A stretch of DNA of 62,838 nucleotides, filler included, from Chiloscyllium plagiosum (lineage: Eukaryota): NCBI RefSeq assembly GCF_004010195.1. It is 5 parts of one record of this genome, joined end to end, with 100 filler letters (N's around TTAATTAATTAA, not from the genome) between each part and the next. Parts side by side here need not be neighbours in the genome. Positions count along the whole stretch, not along the records: positions 57,088 to 62,838 come from NC_057717.1; 4 more parts are not named here. One strand, written 5' to 3'. Position numbers and translations under genes: made by a program. Below, one piece after another: positions 62,513 through 62,838 of the stretch; the first letter of the stretch is position 1; every line of letters begins with the position of its first letter. The notes under the pieces are model-generated. The model ran no database searches and was not told the origin of the DNA. It worked only from the letters and a program-made list of their open reading frames with translations.

Positions 62513-62838
62513 CATTTTTGCAATACCTCCACAAGCTGGTAGAATAGCCTGGATCGTGCCGATTATAGAATGTTCAGATAATGTTCCAACACTTCCCATT
62601 TTCAGAAAAATGTTGATGTTCTCGTATGGGACATATAAAGGTGAAGGAATAGAAATGTGCGTTTTTCAAATCGCAATCAATTCAAATCCATCATGAAGCT
62701 ATTCATCCATTCAAATGTGCTCTAGCATTTAATAAGATCGAGCCTGATTTGATGGTTTTCTCAGCTGCATGTTACAGGAACGTTTAGCCATTCAACCCTC
62801 TGGGTTCATGTCACTGACCAGACGACACTCAGGCACTT

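Noticed and set aside
62121..62696. 191-aa plus-strand ORF
   Set aside because: Runs through a (CT)n microsatellite and has no recognisable domain.

Overview
Repeat-dominated eukaryotic DNA, almost certainly from a cartilaginous fish (HE1 V-SINEs and HER1/CR1 LINEs; bamboo-shark-like, by inference). It is a draft scaffold with eight N gaps, four of them 100-bp pads around an artificial TTAATTAATTAA linker. From left to right: a C/A-rich ~35-bp satellite with higher-order structure (1-8327); minisatellites, HE1 SINEs and CR1 debris; a near-full-length minus-strand L1-clade LINE (~24.3-34.8 kb) carrying two nested CR1 insertions, one nearly full length; a recent segmental duplication (17798-30986 repeated at 38486-48562); a U1/U2 snRNA-headed Keno/Tx1-like element with a ZCCHC3-like ORF1; a decayed Gmr1-like Gypsy element (PR-INT-RT-RH order); and several Penelope-type hairpin elements with minimal hammerhead-ribozyme motifs. 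The only credible host coding sequence is exon 1 of a GPR139/GPR142-like GPCR (59109-59367, minus) with a repetitive N-terminus; its second exon is not recognisable in the window. No intact multi-gene novel system can be shown from the sequence alone. The best leads are the U1+U2-headed retroposon, the hammerhead hairpins, the orphan GPCR exon and a dispersed element carrying two independent minisatellites. Family assignments rest on recalled motifs, not database searches.
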